Shown: positions 52,699 to 61,772 of the stretch, piece after piece
Numbering within the stretch: the first letter of the stretch is position 1
Layout of the letters: the number at the start of each line of letters is the position of its first letter
From: a bacterium
Lineage (GTDB): Bacteria > Zhuqueibacterota > Zhuqueibacteria > Oceanimicrobiales > Oceanimicrobiaceae
Reading direction: 5' to 3'
DNA length: 64,000 nt
Assembly: GCA_046757025.1 (NCBI GenBank)
Contig: JBHHXN010000002.1
Location: forward strand, 53,000-116,999
Program-made: the position numbers and the translations under genes
The notes under the pieces: generated by a model
Told to the model about the DNA's origin: nothing
Database searches by the model: none
What the model saw: only the letters and a program-made list of their open reading frames with translations

Positions 52699-53739
52699 AT
52701 GTATTCTGATTTACTTTCCCAACGAGAATCAATCATTTTAAGAAGCGTCGTTGAATGTTACGTTCAAAACGCGGCCCCAGTGGGTTCTCGCCTTTTGGTT
52801 AAAAAATACGAATTAGGAGTGGGCCCTGCAACCATTAGAAATGTTATGAACGATTTGGAAGAAATGGGTTATTTGCAGCAGCCCCATGTTTCTGCGGGTC
52901 GAGTTCCCACTGATAAAGGATACCGTTTTTATGTGGATTCCATGATGACGGTTCCCTCTCTCGCTCAAAACGAGCGCAGAATTATATTGGATAATTTGAG
53001 GAAAGTTTCGGTGGATGTGTATGATTTGTTTGAAACGACCTCTCAAATTTTGGGTAAAATATCCAGTCAATTAGGGGTGGTATTGGAACCGAGATTTCAT
53101 CAAGGAGTCCTGCAAAAAATTGAATTGGTCTCTATTGCTGAAAATAAAATTTTAGCGGTGATTTCAATAAAGTCGGGATTTGTAAAAACTATTATGCTGG
53201 AAGTTGATATCACGCTCTCCCCGTCTCAACTTCAAAAAACCTCATGGTTTATCAACGAACGTTTGGCCGGCCTGACTTTGAAACAAATTAAAGATACCAT
53301 CGGAGTGCGACTTACTTCGAGTGCGGCCAATGTGAATCATAAACTGATACATTTAATTGTAAAGTCTTCTCACAAACTTTTCAGTTTTGACGATGAAAAA
53401 AATTTGCATCTCGGGGGAACGCACAATATTGTGTCGAACCCCGAATTTTCTGACCGAAACGAAACAGTGAAACTTTTAGAATTAATCGAAAGTAAACGAG
53501 GTATTTTGCATCAGTTTAATGAAACGCCGGAGGAAAAACTATCGATCACTATTGGCGGAGAGAATAAAGACGGTATGTTTAAAAATTGCAGCATTGTTTC
53601 TTCAAAATATTGTGTGGGCAATGTATCGGGAATTTTAGGGGTAGTGGGTCCAACGAGAATGCAATATGCTAAAATCATTTCTTTAGTAAATTATATGGGG
53701 AAAGTGTTAACTCGCGAATTGTATTCAAATTTGAGTTGA
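52699..53739 (+). CDS. hrcA: Heat-inducible transcription repressor HrcA
   Basis: PVGSR, ATIRNVM.DLEEMGYL.QPHVSAGRVPTDKGYRFYVD, GVVGPTRM.Y. Confidence 0.97.
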   Translation: MYSDLLSQRESIILRSVVECYVQNAAPVGSRLLVKKYELGVGPATIRNVMNDLEEMGYLQQPHVSAGRVPTDKGYRFYVDSMMTVPSLAQNERRIILDNLRKVSVDVYDLFETTSQILGKISSQLGVVLEPRFHQGVLQKIELVSIAENKILAVISIKSGFVKTIMLEVDITLSPSQLQKTSWFINERLAGLTLKQIKDTIGVRLTSSAANVNHKLIHLIVKSSHKLFSFDDEKNLHLGGTHNIVSNPEFSDRNETVKLLELIESKRGILHQFNETPEEKLSITIGGENKDGMFKNCSIVSSKYCVGNVSGILGVVGPTRMQYAKIISLVNYMGKVLTRELYSNLS

Positions 53740-53760
53740 TTAAAAAGGGATGTTGAAAAA

Positions 53761-54354
53761 ATGACTAAGGAAGTTTTGAATAAATCGAAATCAGAAACGA
53801 ATACTTTGAACAGAACCGGCGAAAACAACAACAACGAAAAAGTTCAAAATAAAGCCAAGCTAAATTCACAAAAAACCACGTCGGCGGTCAAGCTAAATAA
53901 ACTTAAAAAGAAATTACAAGAATCTGACAACGAGATTAATTCTTTAAAAGATCAATTGCTGAGAAAGGCGGCCGAATTTGAGAATTACAAAAAGAGGCGT
54001 GAAACCGAGTATATACAATTACTAAGAAACGCGAACGCCGAATTGATCACGGAGATTTTGCCGGTCCTGGACGATCTGGAACGTTCAATAAAAGCTTCTA
54101 AGGAAACCCAGGACTTCCAGGGGCTTTTCAAGGGTGTTGAATTAATATATAAAAATTTAGTTAAGATACTGGAAAATAGAGGTGTAAAACCGATAGAAGC
54201 GATCGGGCATGCTTTTGACCCTGAGCGGCACGACGCTTTAATGCAAGTCGAAAACGAGGAACATCCTTCTGGTGTGGTCGTGGAGGAACATTTAAAAGGA
54301 TATGTTATGAATGATCGGGTGTTGCGGCATTCACAGGTTCTGGTAAGTAAATAA
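53761..54354 (+). CDS. grpE: Nucleotide exchange factor GrpE
   Basis: AEFENYKKR, LPVLDDLER, FDPERHDA, GYVMNDRVLR. Confidence 0.97.
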   Translation: MTKEVLNKSKSETNTLNRTGENNNNEKVQNKAKLNSQKTTSAVKLNKLKKKLQESDNEINSLKDQLLRKAAEFENYKKRRETEYIQLLRNANAELITEILPVLDDLERSIKASKETQDFQGLFKGVELIYKNLVKILENRGVKPIEAIGHAFDPERHDALMQVENEEHPSGVVVEEHLKGYVMNDRVLRHSQVLVSK

Positions 54355-54383
54355 GACGTAAACCTTTGACTGAAAATTGAAGT

Positions 54384-55520
54384 ATGACCAAACGCGATTA
54401 TTATGAGATTTTGGGTGTGCAGCGAGATGCAACCGTTGATGAAATCAAAAAAGAGTATCGCAAATTAGCGATGAAATACCACCCAGATCGCAACCCCGGG
54501 GATAAAGAAGCAGAAGAAAAATTCAAAGAGGCGGCCGAGGCCTACGAGATTCTTAAAGATTCACAAAAAAGACAACGTTACGACCGGTTTGGTCATAGTG
54601 GTTTAAAAGGTGGTTTTGATACCTTTAGTGGATTTGACTTTGACCTTGGGGATGCTTTACGTACGTTTATGTCAGAGAGTTTTGGCTTTGGTGATATTTT
54701 TGGCATGGGCCGTCAAAGTGGGGTAAATCGAAAGAAGAGAGGTGGGGACCTGCAGTTAAGGTTAGCTTTAATCCTCGAAGAAATTGCAATGGGTGTACAA
54801 AAGAAGATAAAAATCAAAAAATGGATATTATGTCAGGAGTGTCGTGGCTCGGGTGTTGCGAAAGGTGCATCCCAAATAATCTGCCCTCAATGCCATGGGT
54901 CTGGCGAGCTCCGGCAGGTGTCGCAGTCGCTTTTTGGTCAGTTTGTCAATATCACGACTTGTTCGGTGTGTTTTGGGCAGGGTAGGGTTCCGGAAGAAAA
55001 GTGTCATCAATGTCGTGGAGAGGGGCGCGTACAGGGAGACGGGCTGATCACGGTCGATATCCCCGGTGGCGTATCTTCGGGAAATTATATCACTTTACGG
55101 GGCGAGGGAAATGTTGGGCCCAATAATGGGCCAGCAGGCGATGTAATTATTTTTATTGAAGAAAAAGAGCATGAATATTTTGAAAGACACGAAGACGACA
55201 TCCTGTATACATTGCCGCTGAGTTTTGCTCAGGTGGCGTTAGGTACGGAAGTGGAAATTCCCACCTTAAATGGGAAAGCGAAACTAAATATCCAACCCGG
55301 AACCCAAACGAACAAAATTTTGCGAATGCGAGGGAAGGGTATTCCGCGCTTACACGGTCATGGGAAAGGAGATCAACTGGTTAAGGTTGTGGTCTGGACG
55401 CCAACAAAATTGTCAGCACATGAAAAAAAGCTATTGGAAGAGTTGGCCAAAAGCGAACATTTTAAACCGCCAAAGAACGATCGCAGTTTTCTAAAAAAGG
55501 TAAAAGAAGCGATATTTTAA
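54384..55520 (+). CDS. dnaJ: Chaperone DnaJ
   Basis: J-domain with HPD, G/F region, four CxxCxGxG motifs. Confidence 0.98.
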   Translation: MTKRDYYEILGVQRDATVDEIKKEYRKLAMKYHPDRNPGDKEAEEKFKEAAEAYEILKDSQKRQRYDRFGHSGLKGGFDTFSGFDFDLGDALRTFMSESFGFGDIFGMGRQSGVNRKKRGGDLQLRLALILEEIAMGVQKKIKIKKWILCQECRGSGVAKGASQIICPQCHGSGELRQVSQSLFGQFVNITTCSVCFGQGRVPEEKCHQCRGEGRVQGDGLITVDIPGGVSSGNYITLRGEGNVGPNNGPAGDVIIFIEEKEHEYFERHEDDILYTLPLSFAQVALGTEVEIPTLNGKAKLNIQPGTQTNKILRMRGKGIPRLHGHGKGDQLVKVVVWTPTKLSAHEKKLLEELAKSEHFKPPKNDRSFLKKVKEAIF

Positions 55521-55521
55521 T

Positions 55522-56049
55522 ATGCTTGGATTTACGCAGCAAGAGCTAAGAATTATCATATTTCTTGTTTTTGCTTTAATGCTGGGTGCGGCTGTAAAAT
55601 TTTATAAATTATACTTTGGTGAAATACTCATTCAGAAAATTGATACTGAATATTTTGATGAATTCAAAAAGCGCTCTGTGGAGATCGCGGAAGCGGATTC
55701 TCTTCGGCATCGTGTTAACAAAGAGGTTGTTTCCGAGGTGATGGGCGATGTCCATGGGCAACCATTTACTATAAGTGATTCGGAAATCACCTATGTAAAT
55801 CGCCCTGAAAATTATAAAATTGTTACGATACCAAGGGACAGCAGGTTTACGGAGTTTTTAGTTAACATAAATAAAGCCAGTCAGGAGGAGTTGCAAAGTT
55901 TACCCACAGTTGGCCCCGTGATTGCTAAAAAAATAATTACTTATCGTCAACAAAACGGAGAATTTCAAAGTATGGATGATTTATTAAATGTTAAAGGAAT
56001 TGGGAAAAAGACGTTAGAAAAAATAAAACCCTATGTTTCACTTAAATGA
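55522..56049 (+). CDS. comEA: ComEA-family helix-hairpin-helix DNA-binding protein with N-terminal TM anchor
   Basis: VNINKASQEELQSLPTVGPVIAKKII.YR...G.F...DDL..VKGIG.KT.EKI. Confidence 0.88.
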   Translation: MLGFTQQELRIIIFLVFALMLGAAVKFYKLYFGEILIQKIDTEYFDEFKKRSVEIAEADSLRHRVNKEVVSEVMGDVHGQPFTISDSEITYVNRPENYKIVTIPRDSRFTEFLVNINKASQEELQSLPTVGPVIAKKIITYRQQNGEFQSMDDLLNVKGIGKKTLEKIKPYVSLK

Positions 56050-56094
56050 ATTACATTTTGAATTAAAAAAATAATTTAATGAGAGGGAGGAGAA

Positions 56095-56988
56095 ATGGCA
56101 AGCGAAAAAGCAAGCGGATCGATTATTTATGAGTTTCTGATTGTGGTTCTGGCGGCTGTTTTAATTGCATCAATAATTTATCCAAAAAAAGTTACTGAAC
56201 AGGAGGAGTTCAATACGGAAGCGTGCAGAGCCAGAATGAGCAGCATTTTCGATGCGGAGCTTCAATATCAAAAATATAACGACGTTTATACGGATTCCCT
56301 ACCGAAGGTAATCAATTTTTTGAAAACCAATGAGCAATATGCAACTTATGTGGACTCGGTTATCAAAGGTGGACTGGATTCTATAGTAACGAAATTGGAT
56401 GAATTTGTTGAAAAGGAAAAAGTCATTGTGGCCATCATGCCTACGGAATTAGACACTGTCATGGCCGATTCGATCAATAATCTGCAACAAAGTATTAAAA
56501 TGGAAGCACGAAGGTTGGCCGGATTTGTTGAATACGTTCATGATAAAATGAAAAACTTGCCAAACACGCCAATCAATGACTTGAAGAGTGCTTTTTTGGT
56601 GGTGGATTCAAAAAAATTCACTCTGGATATGGACATTGTTAGAAATGCAATTGAAAATGAAGACCTTTTGAACGCGAAACGGGCCGCAGAAGATGCCTTG
56701 AAAAAAATCAGCTCAGTGAAAAGTATGTTTCAAGTGGTGCTTGACAACCTCTCAGAATATAAAGGTGAAAGCCTGGATTCTTTAAAATTATGTCCGAGCA
56801 TTTATCAGCCATATAAATTGGTCCATGTCGATACGTCGACGATTAAATACATAAATATCTATTGCCCCATCGACAGCAATCACATTCAGACCATTCAGAG
56901 CAATTTCTTAAAATCAAAAATTGGAGGACTCAAGCTCAAAAACCATGGCAAGATCGAACAGGGAGAAAAAAGTTGGGAATCGGGTTAA
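56095..56988 (+). CDS. Large non-canonical type IV pilin-like protein
   Basis: Leader MASEKASG|SIIYEFLIVVLAAVLIASIIYP gives G-1, E+5, P+22; helical segment ACRARMSSIFDAELQY..YNDVY; C-terminal Cys pair; strong GGAGG RBS. Confidence 0.6.
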   Translation: MASEKASGSIIYEFLIVVLAAVLIASIIYPKKVTEQEEFNTEACRARMSSIFDAELQYQKYNDVYTDSLPKVINFLKTNEQYATYVDSVIKGGLDSIVTKLDEFVEKEKVIVAIMPTELDTVMADSINNLQQSIKMEARRLAGFVEYVHDKMKNLPNTPINDLKSAFLVVDSKKFTLDMDIVRNAIENEDLLNAKRAAEDALKKISSVKSMFQVVLDNLSEYKGESLDSLKLCPSIYQPYKLVHVDTSTIKYINIYCPIDSNHIQTIQSNFLKSKIGGLKLKNHGKIEQGEKSWESG

Positions 56989-57013
56989 TTTAAGATTAAG
57001 GTGAGATATTATT

Positions 57014-57979
57014 ATGACCGAGGATGAAAATACAGGGATACTCGGAATAAGCCTAATTGACGATCAACTTAGAATAGTTGAGGGTCAAAAACATCTTAAT
57101 GAGTTTCAGATCACGCAAGTCGCACATGGAAGAGCACGGCAGTCATTTGGTTTTGAATCGTTTTCTGATTTGAGCATGGCTCGCAGATTCGCAGATGACA
57201 TTTCTCGTCTTTACAACACGCAAAACTTTCAGGTTAAGCAAGCGGCTTTTTCTATTGATTCTAGGATGGTTTTAATAAAGAAAATACCAATTGACAGCGC
57301 GTTAGATGAGAATCAAGTAGAAGATCAGTTAATTTGGGAGGTTCGTCAGTTTGCCATTTCGCCATTAAGCGAGTACATTGTTGATTTTGAACGCATCCAT
57401 TCGCCATCCACCAACGGTTTGCTGCACCACGTTCTTGTGGTAGTTGTTCGAAAGAAAATAATCGAATATTTGAAACAGATGTTCCAACACACCAATCTTT
57501 TCTTAAAAGTCATTGATGTCGATGTCTTTTCAGCGCAAAGGGCCCTACAATTGAATTATGATTATAATAGCAGCGATCGTATCGGCTTACTCGACATTGA
57601 AGAACACAAAATTCATTTCTCCATTTTGAGCGGACGCAATTATTTTTTATCTCAAGATATTGCCACAACCTTGAACGATAAAAAAGTGGCTCGGAACGAT
57701 GAATCTACGACTCGGTTGATTTCTAAAGAGATTCGCAGAATTATCCTGGACCAGCAATTAGGTCGTGGTGTGGAAGACCTCAATGAAATTTTTTTATATG
57801 GAGAGGGAGTGGAGGACATTGTTTTGGAGGGATTGCAAAATTACCACAACGTTCGAATAGATAGAGCCAATCCATTCAAAAAAGTAAAGCTTTCTACTCA
57901 TGCAAAAGAAATCATAAATAAAGCAAGAGCGGAAAGTTTCATGATTTCAGTGGGGGCAGCCCTACGCGGGATACAATAA
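57014..57979 (+). CDS. PilM-like (FtsA/actin-fold) protein
   Basis: ILGISL..DQLRIVE, WEVRQF....SEYIVDF, VIDVDVF, EIRR, EIFLYGEG, ANPF, SVGAALRG. Confidence 0.75.
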   Translation: MTEDENTGILGISLIDDQLRIVEGQKHLNEFQITQVAHGRARQSFGFESFSDLSMARRFADDISRLYNTQNFQVKQAAFSIDSRMVLIKKIPIDSALDENQVEDQLIWEVRQFAISPLSEYIVDFERIHSPSTNGLLHHVLVVVVRKKIIEYLKQMFQHTNLFLKVIDVDVFSAQRALQLNYDYNSSDRIGLLDIEEHKIHFSILSGRNYFLSQDIATTLNDKKVARNDESTTRLISKEIRRIILDQQLGRGVEDLNEIFLYGEGVEDIVLEGLQNYHNVRIDRANPFKKVKLSTHAKEIINKARAESFMISVGAALRGIQ

Positions 57980-58007
57980 ATACTCATTAAATATCGAGGA
58001 GTAAAAT

Positions 58008-59111
58008 ATGGTCGATATAAACTTAATCGGCGACGATAAATTGGGGGATGAAAAATCGGGTGAGGAAGAACGAGTGGACGAGTTCACTCAAACGTCCAGC
58101 ATGGATACCCAGGAATTGGCGTTTGAGGAACGAACCGAAACCTTCGATACCACCAAAACGGCGGGCCTGACTCAAAAAAGAAGTTATTCCTCCTTGATTT
58201 CGACCTTGATAATTATGAGTGTGATTATATTGTTAGGGTGGGCGATTTATTATTTCATGTTCCAAAGTACTGAGCTTGAAAATCCGGCTGAAATACCGCA
58301 AATTATACCTGAGTCGGCAACGGTGGAGGATAATCTAACTGATGAAACGGAGCCTTTTTCAATGGATACCGGCGACGAAAATGTCACTGATGAGGATCCA
58401 AATTTAGTTGAAAGAGAAACGCGGCCTCTACCGCCTGCAACAACCGAAGATGTGCCAGTGGCCAATCCACCTACTTCAACTGTTCGTGAGAGTAGTAATC
58501 CTTTGGCCAACCAGTTGGCTGCCAGCTCCAGTTTGGCCATTAAAACGGTTACAGATATTTTAACGGCCATCCCACCCACTCTCAACACGACTTTGTTATC
58601 CTATGCCGGCCGTCGGCTTCGTTTTGAGTTTGTAGCCGCTTCTACTCAACAAGCGAATGATTATACTCAACAACTAAATCAATACTTCGGCCGCAATAAT
58701 TTCTCAGTTTTATCTGAAAATCAAATAACTGGTAACGGTCAGGGATTTGAAAAAGTGCTGGTTTCGGCATCTGTTTCTGGCTCCGGTGATGCAGATGCGG
58801 GCGGGTTCGTGGACTTTGTGAACGTGAACCAATTTAATGACACAATCAAAAGTTTGGCAAGCCGGGCGGGTTTGCAGATTAGACAATTGAAATCTTTGCC
58901 AAGTAGATTGTCCGATGGATTCATGAAAGTGCCCATTCTCATGCGATTAAACGGAAGCAAAGCCGGGCTGCTTGACTTTTTCGCCGATCTTGAAGCGCAA
59001 AGTTTAAATATTGAATTGACAAAAGTGCTGATCGTGTCATCAGACAGAACAAACTTTAGTGATGAAAATCTGGTTTTGGTGATAAATTTGAACATTTACG
59101 AGCCTTCATAA
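58008..59111 (+). CDS. Bitopic PilN-PilO-like fusion protein
   Basis: N-terminal MVDINLIG (PilN INLLP-like), single TM, acidic P/T linker, then PilN-like (ILTAIPPTL...RFEFVAAS..) and PilO-like (AGLQI...VPILMRLNGS...DFFADLE) segments. Confidence 0.6.
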   Translation: MVDINLIGDDKLGDEKSGEEERVDEFTQTSSMDTQELAFEERTETFDTTKTAGLTQKRSYSSLISTLIIMSVIILLGWAIYYFMFQSTELENPAEIPQIIPESATVEDNLTDETEPFSMDTGDENVTDEDPNLVERETRPLPPATTEDVPVANPPTSTVRESSNPLANQLAASSSLAIKTVTDILTAIPPTLNTTLLSYAGRRLRFEFVAASTQQANDYTQQLNQYFGRNNFSVLSENQITGNGQGFEKVLVSASVSGSGDADAGGFVDFVNVNQFNDTIKSLASRAGLQIRQLKSLPSRLSDGFMKVPILMRLNGSKAGLLDFFADLEAQSLNIELTKVLIVSSDRTNFSDENLVLVINLNIYEPS

Positions 59112-59131
59112 TATTTCGCATTCAGTACGCC

Positions 59132-59683
59132 ATGCGGATAATTTCCGGCAGTAAAAAAGGGCTCAAATTAGCATCTGTAAAAAATAGCCCGATAAGACCA
59201 ACGACAGACCGTTTTAGAGAAGTCATTTTCAATGTTATTGACAACCGTTTTAGAAATAAACCGGTTTTAGATATATTTGCTGGGAGTGGCAGTTTAGGGA
59301 TTGAGGCCTTGAGCCGTGGCGCGGCCAGGGCTATTTTTATTGAAAACAATTCACGAGCCCTTTCAATTATAAAAAAAAATTTAACACTTAGCAATTTTGA
59401 GGAACGGGCGGAAATTGTCAAGGTTTCAGCCATTCGTGCGCTAAAAAAACTGACGTCCTCCAATGAGAAATTTTATCTGATTTTTGCGGATCCTCCTTAT
59501 GCAGAAACAATTTTGCAACAAACCATCCATATTGTAGATAAAAATGAGTTGCTTGCCGAAGAGGGCTGGTTAATTGTCGAGCATGCTTCGAAGTTGAACT
59601 TAAATACACAAATAGGATCCTTCATACTCAAAGTACGAAAACGACAGGGAGAATCGGAAGTTTCATTCTATCGATATGCCTGA
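59132..59683 (+). CDS. rsmD: 16S rRNA m2G966 methyltransferase RsmD
   Basis: MRIISG..KG, RPTTDR, DIFAGSGSLGIEALSRGA, ADPPY. Confidence 0.96.
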   Translation: MRIISGSKKGLKLASVKNSPIRPTTDRFREVIFNVIDNRFRNKPVLDIFAGSGSLGIEALSRGAARAIFIENNSRALSIIKKNLTLSNFEERAEIVKVSAIRALKKLTSSNEKFYLIFADPPYAETILQQTIHIVDKNELLAEEGWLIVEHASKLNLNTQIGSFILKVRKRQGESEVSFYRYA

Positions 59684-60170
59684 AAAGAAAAAAATTGCTA
59701 TTTATCCCGGCACCTTTGATCCCATAACAAATGGGCATCTGGATATTATCCAACGCGCAGTAAGTTTATTTGACAGGGTTATCGTTGCGGTTACAACCAA
59801 TCCTGCCAAGGTTCCTTTGTTTTCGGTAGAAGAACGGATCGATATGATAACTTTATCCACCACGCGTTTGGAAAATGTCTTAGTGGAGTCTTTTGACGGA
59901 CTTCTGATGGATTATGCTAGAAAAAAAAGTGCACATGTGATCGTGCGAGGATTGCGCGCAATTACGGATTTCGAATATGAATTTCAAATGGCGCTGGTCA
60001 ACCGAAAATTAGCTGATAGCATCGTGACGGTTTTTCTCATGCCAAATGAAAAATACACCTACCTGAATTCAACTATCGTTAAAGAGGTCGCGAAATTTCA
60101 GGGCGATGTGAGCTCTTTTGTACCTGAGTTGGTTCATAAAAGATTGGTGAGCAAGTACCAACTGTCATGA
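59676..60170 (+). CDS. coaD: Pantetheine-phosphate adenylyltransferase
   Basis: [26 protein letters not shown]. Confidence 0.98.
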   Translation: MPEKKKIAIYPGTFDPITNGHLDIIQRAVSLFDRVIVAVTTNPAKVPLFSVEERIDMITLSTTRLENVLVESFDGLLMDYARKKSAHVIVRGLRAITDFEYEFQMALVNRKLADSIVTVFLMPNEKYTYLNSTIVKEVAKFQGDVSSFVPELVHKRLVSKYQLS

Positions 60171-61138
60171 GATTCACGGAGCAAATAAAACTAAAAGCTC
60201 AACGTGCTCAAAGGAAATTGGTGTTTCCCGAGGGAGACGAAAAGCGCGTCTTGCAAGCGGTAGAATTTTTAACTGCGAATCGTCTTCTTAAGTGCGTTGT
60301 GTTAGGAAGCGAAGAGAAAATCAAAAAAACCGCTGCTCAATATTCTATCGACGTCAACGGCGTCGAAATGGTGGATCCTTTCAATTCTCCCTTAGTTACT
60401 GAGTTTCGTGATATCTTTTATGAGCTGCGAAAGGAGAAAGGCCTTTCGCTAGAAAACAGCGAAGCAGTTATTCGTCAGCCGCTTTATTTCGGGGCAATGC
60501 TGGTGAGAGTGGGTATTTGTGATGGCAGTGTGGCAGGCAGTGTCAACACAACCGGAGACGTATTACGGGCAGCGATTCAGGCCATCGGTCTCACCAGCGG
60601 TGTTTCTTTGGTATCGAGCACGTTTGAAATGGAGTTGACGGACCGTCGCGTTCTGACTTATGCGGATTGTGCGGTGGTTCCACAACCCGACGTAAAGCAA
60701 TTAGCGGATATTGCCATATCTTCGGCGGGTACACATCGCCGTCTGACCGGTGAAGAGCCCCGTGTGGCTATGCTTTCGTTTTCAACGAAAGGGAGTGCAC
60801 AACATGAAATGGTGGAAAAGGTGCAGAAGGCCGTCGAAATGGCCCGCACGAAGAAACCAGATTTAATGATTGACGGTGAACTTCAGGTGGATGCCGCAAT
60901 AGTGGATTCCGTAGCCGCTTCCAAAGCGCCTGACAGTCCGGTCGCAGGTCAAGCCAATGTACTCATTTTTCCGGACCTCGATGCGGGAAATATTGCTTAC
61001 AAACTGACAGAAAGATTGGCCAAAGCCAAGGCCATTGGACCGATAATGCAAGGATTAGCCAAGCCAGCCAGCGACCTTTCCCGCGGATGCAGCTGGCAAG
61101 ACATCGTCGATGTCGCATGTATCACGGCCTTATTGTAA
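60167..61138 (+). CDS. pta: Phosphate acetyltransferase (short form)
   Basis: [46 protein letters not shown]. Confidence 0.95.
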   Translation: MRFTEQIKLKAQRAQRKLVFPEGDEKRVLQAVEFLTANRLLKCVVLGSEEKIKKTAAQYSIDVNGVEMVDPFNSPLVTEFRDIFYELRKEKGLSLENSEAVIRQPLYFGAMLVRVGICDGSVAGSVNTTGDVLRAAIQAIGLTSGVSLVSSTFEMELTDRRVLTYADCAVVPQPDVKQLADIAISSAGTHRRLTGEEPRVAMLSFSTKGSAQHEMVEKVQKAVEMARTKKPDLMIDGELQVDAAIVDSVAASKAPDSPVAGQANVLIFPDLDAGNIAYKLTERLAKAKAIGPIMQGLAKPASDLSRGCSWQDIVDVACITALL

Positions 61139-61565
61139 GAATAGAGAGTGCCGTTGTCCATTACCATTGCGACGCCATTTATTTGAATGAGATCAGTTCC
61201 AAATGAACCAAACTGGAAAATCGAGTGAATCGCGGGAGCCAAAAAACACATTTTACTTTTTCATGCAATGCACAAAACATCTTTCCGATTATAAGATATT
61301 GATTGAAGAAAATTAAAGAAATAATAGTAGTTTACCGATAAATAAACTGATAGAAAATGCAATCCACGGACCGGATTTTTTGTTACTCCACCCTTTCAAT
61401 TTTTAGGAATTTTTTTCTGAAAATTCGCTGCCAGACTTTCCATTTTGTAATGTCCAAATCTGATTTAATCGTCTTGAAATTGAGTGAAGCACGGATAGCG
61501 GTTTTGTTAAAACTTTTTAAATAATTTAATGAAATGATCTTTGTAACATTTAAAAAGATTTAAAT

Positions 61566-61720
61566 ATTAATGATTCTGTTGATAAAGTCCATTTTGCCCT
61601 CAGCCCTCATGCTGAGCAAAGTCTAAGTATGACGGAAAAACAGCAAGTTACGACCTTTCCGGAACGCAAGTAGGGACTCAAGCTGAACGTTTCTTCGACT
61701 TTATCAACAACGTCATTAAT
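61566..61720. mobile_element. 155-bp MITE-like element with 24-bp terminal inverted repeats
   Basis: Left ATTAATGATTCTGTTGATAAAGTC (61566-61589) versus right GACTTTATCAACAACGTCATTAAT (61697-61720): 21/24 complementary; non-coding interior with a TCATGCTGAGC motif. Confidence 0.6.
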
Positions 61721-61772
61721 TTCATCATCAAAAAAATAACAGTATAATAATTAACACAGTGAGTACAGACCT

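Noticed and set aside
61124..61154. GAGTGC-containing weak palindrome after pta as a CIRCE
   Set aside because: No matching GCACTC left arm at 9-nt spacing, and it is not upstream of a chaperone gene.
61610..61655. GCAAAG/GTCTAAG/TATGAC words resembling a c-di-GMP-I riboswitch (similar words near 48330-48360)
   Set aside because: The required GNRA-capped P2 and P3 stems cannot be built; better explained as repeat-element interior.
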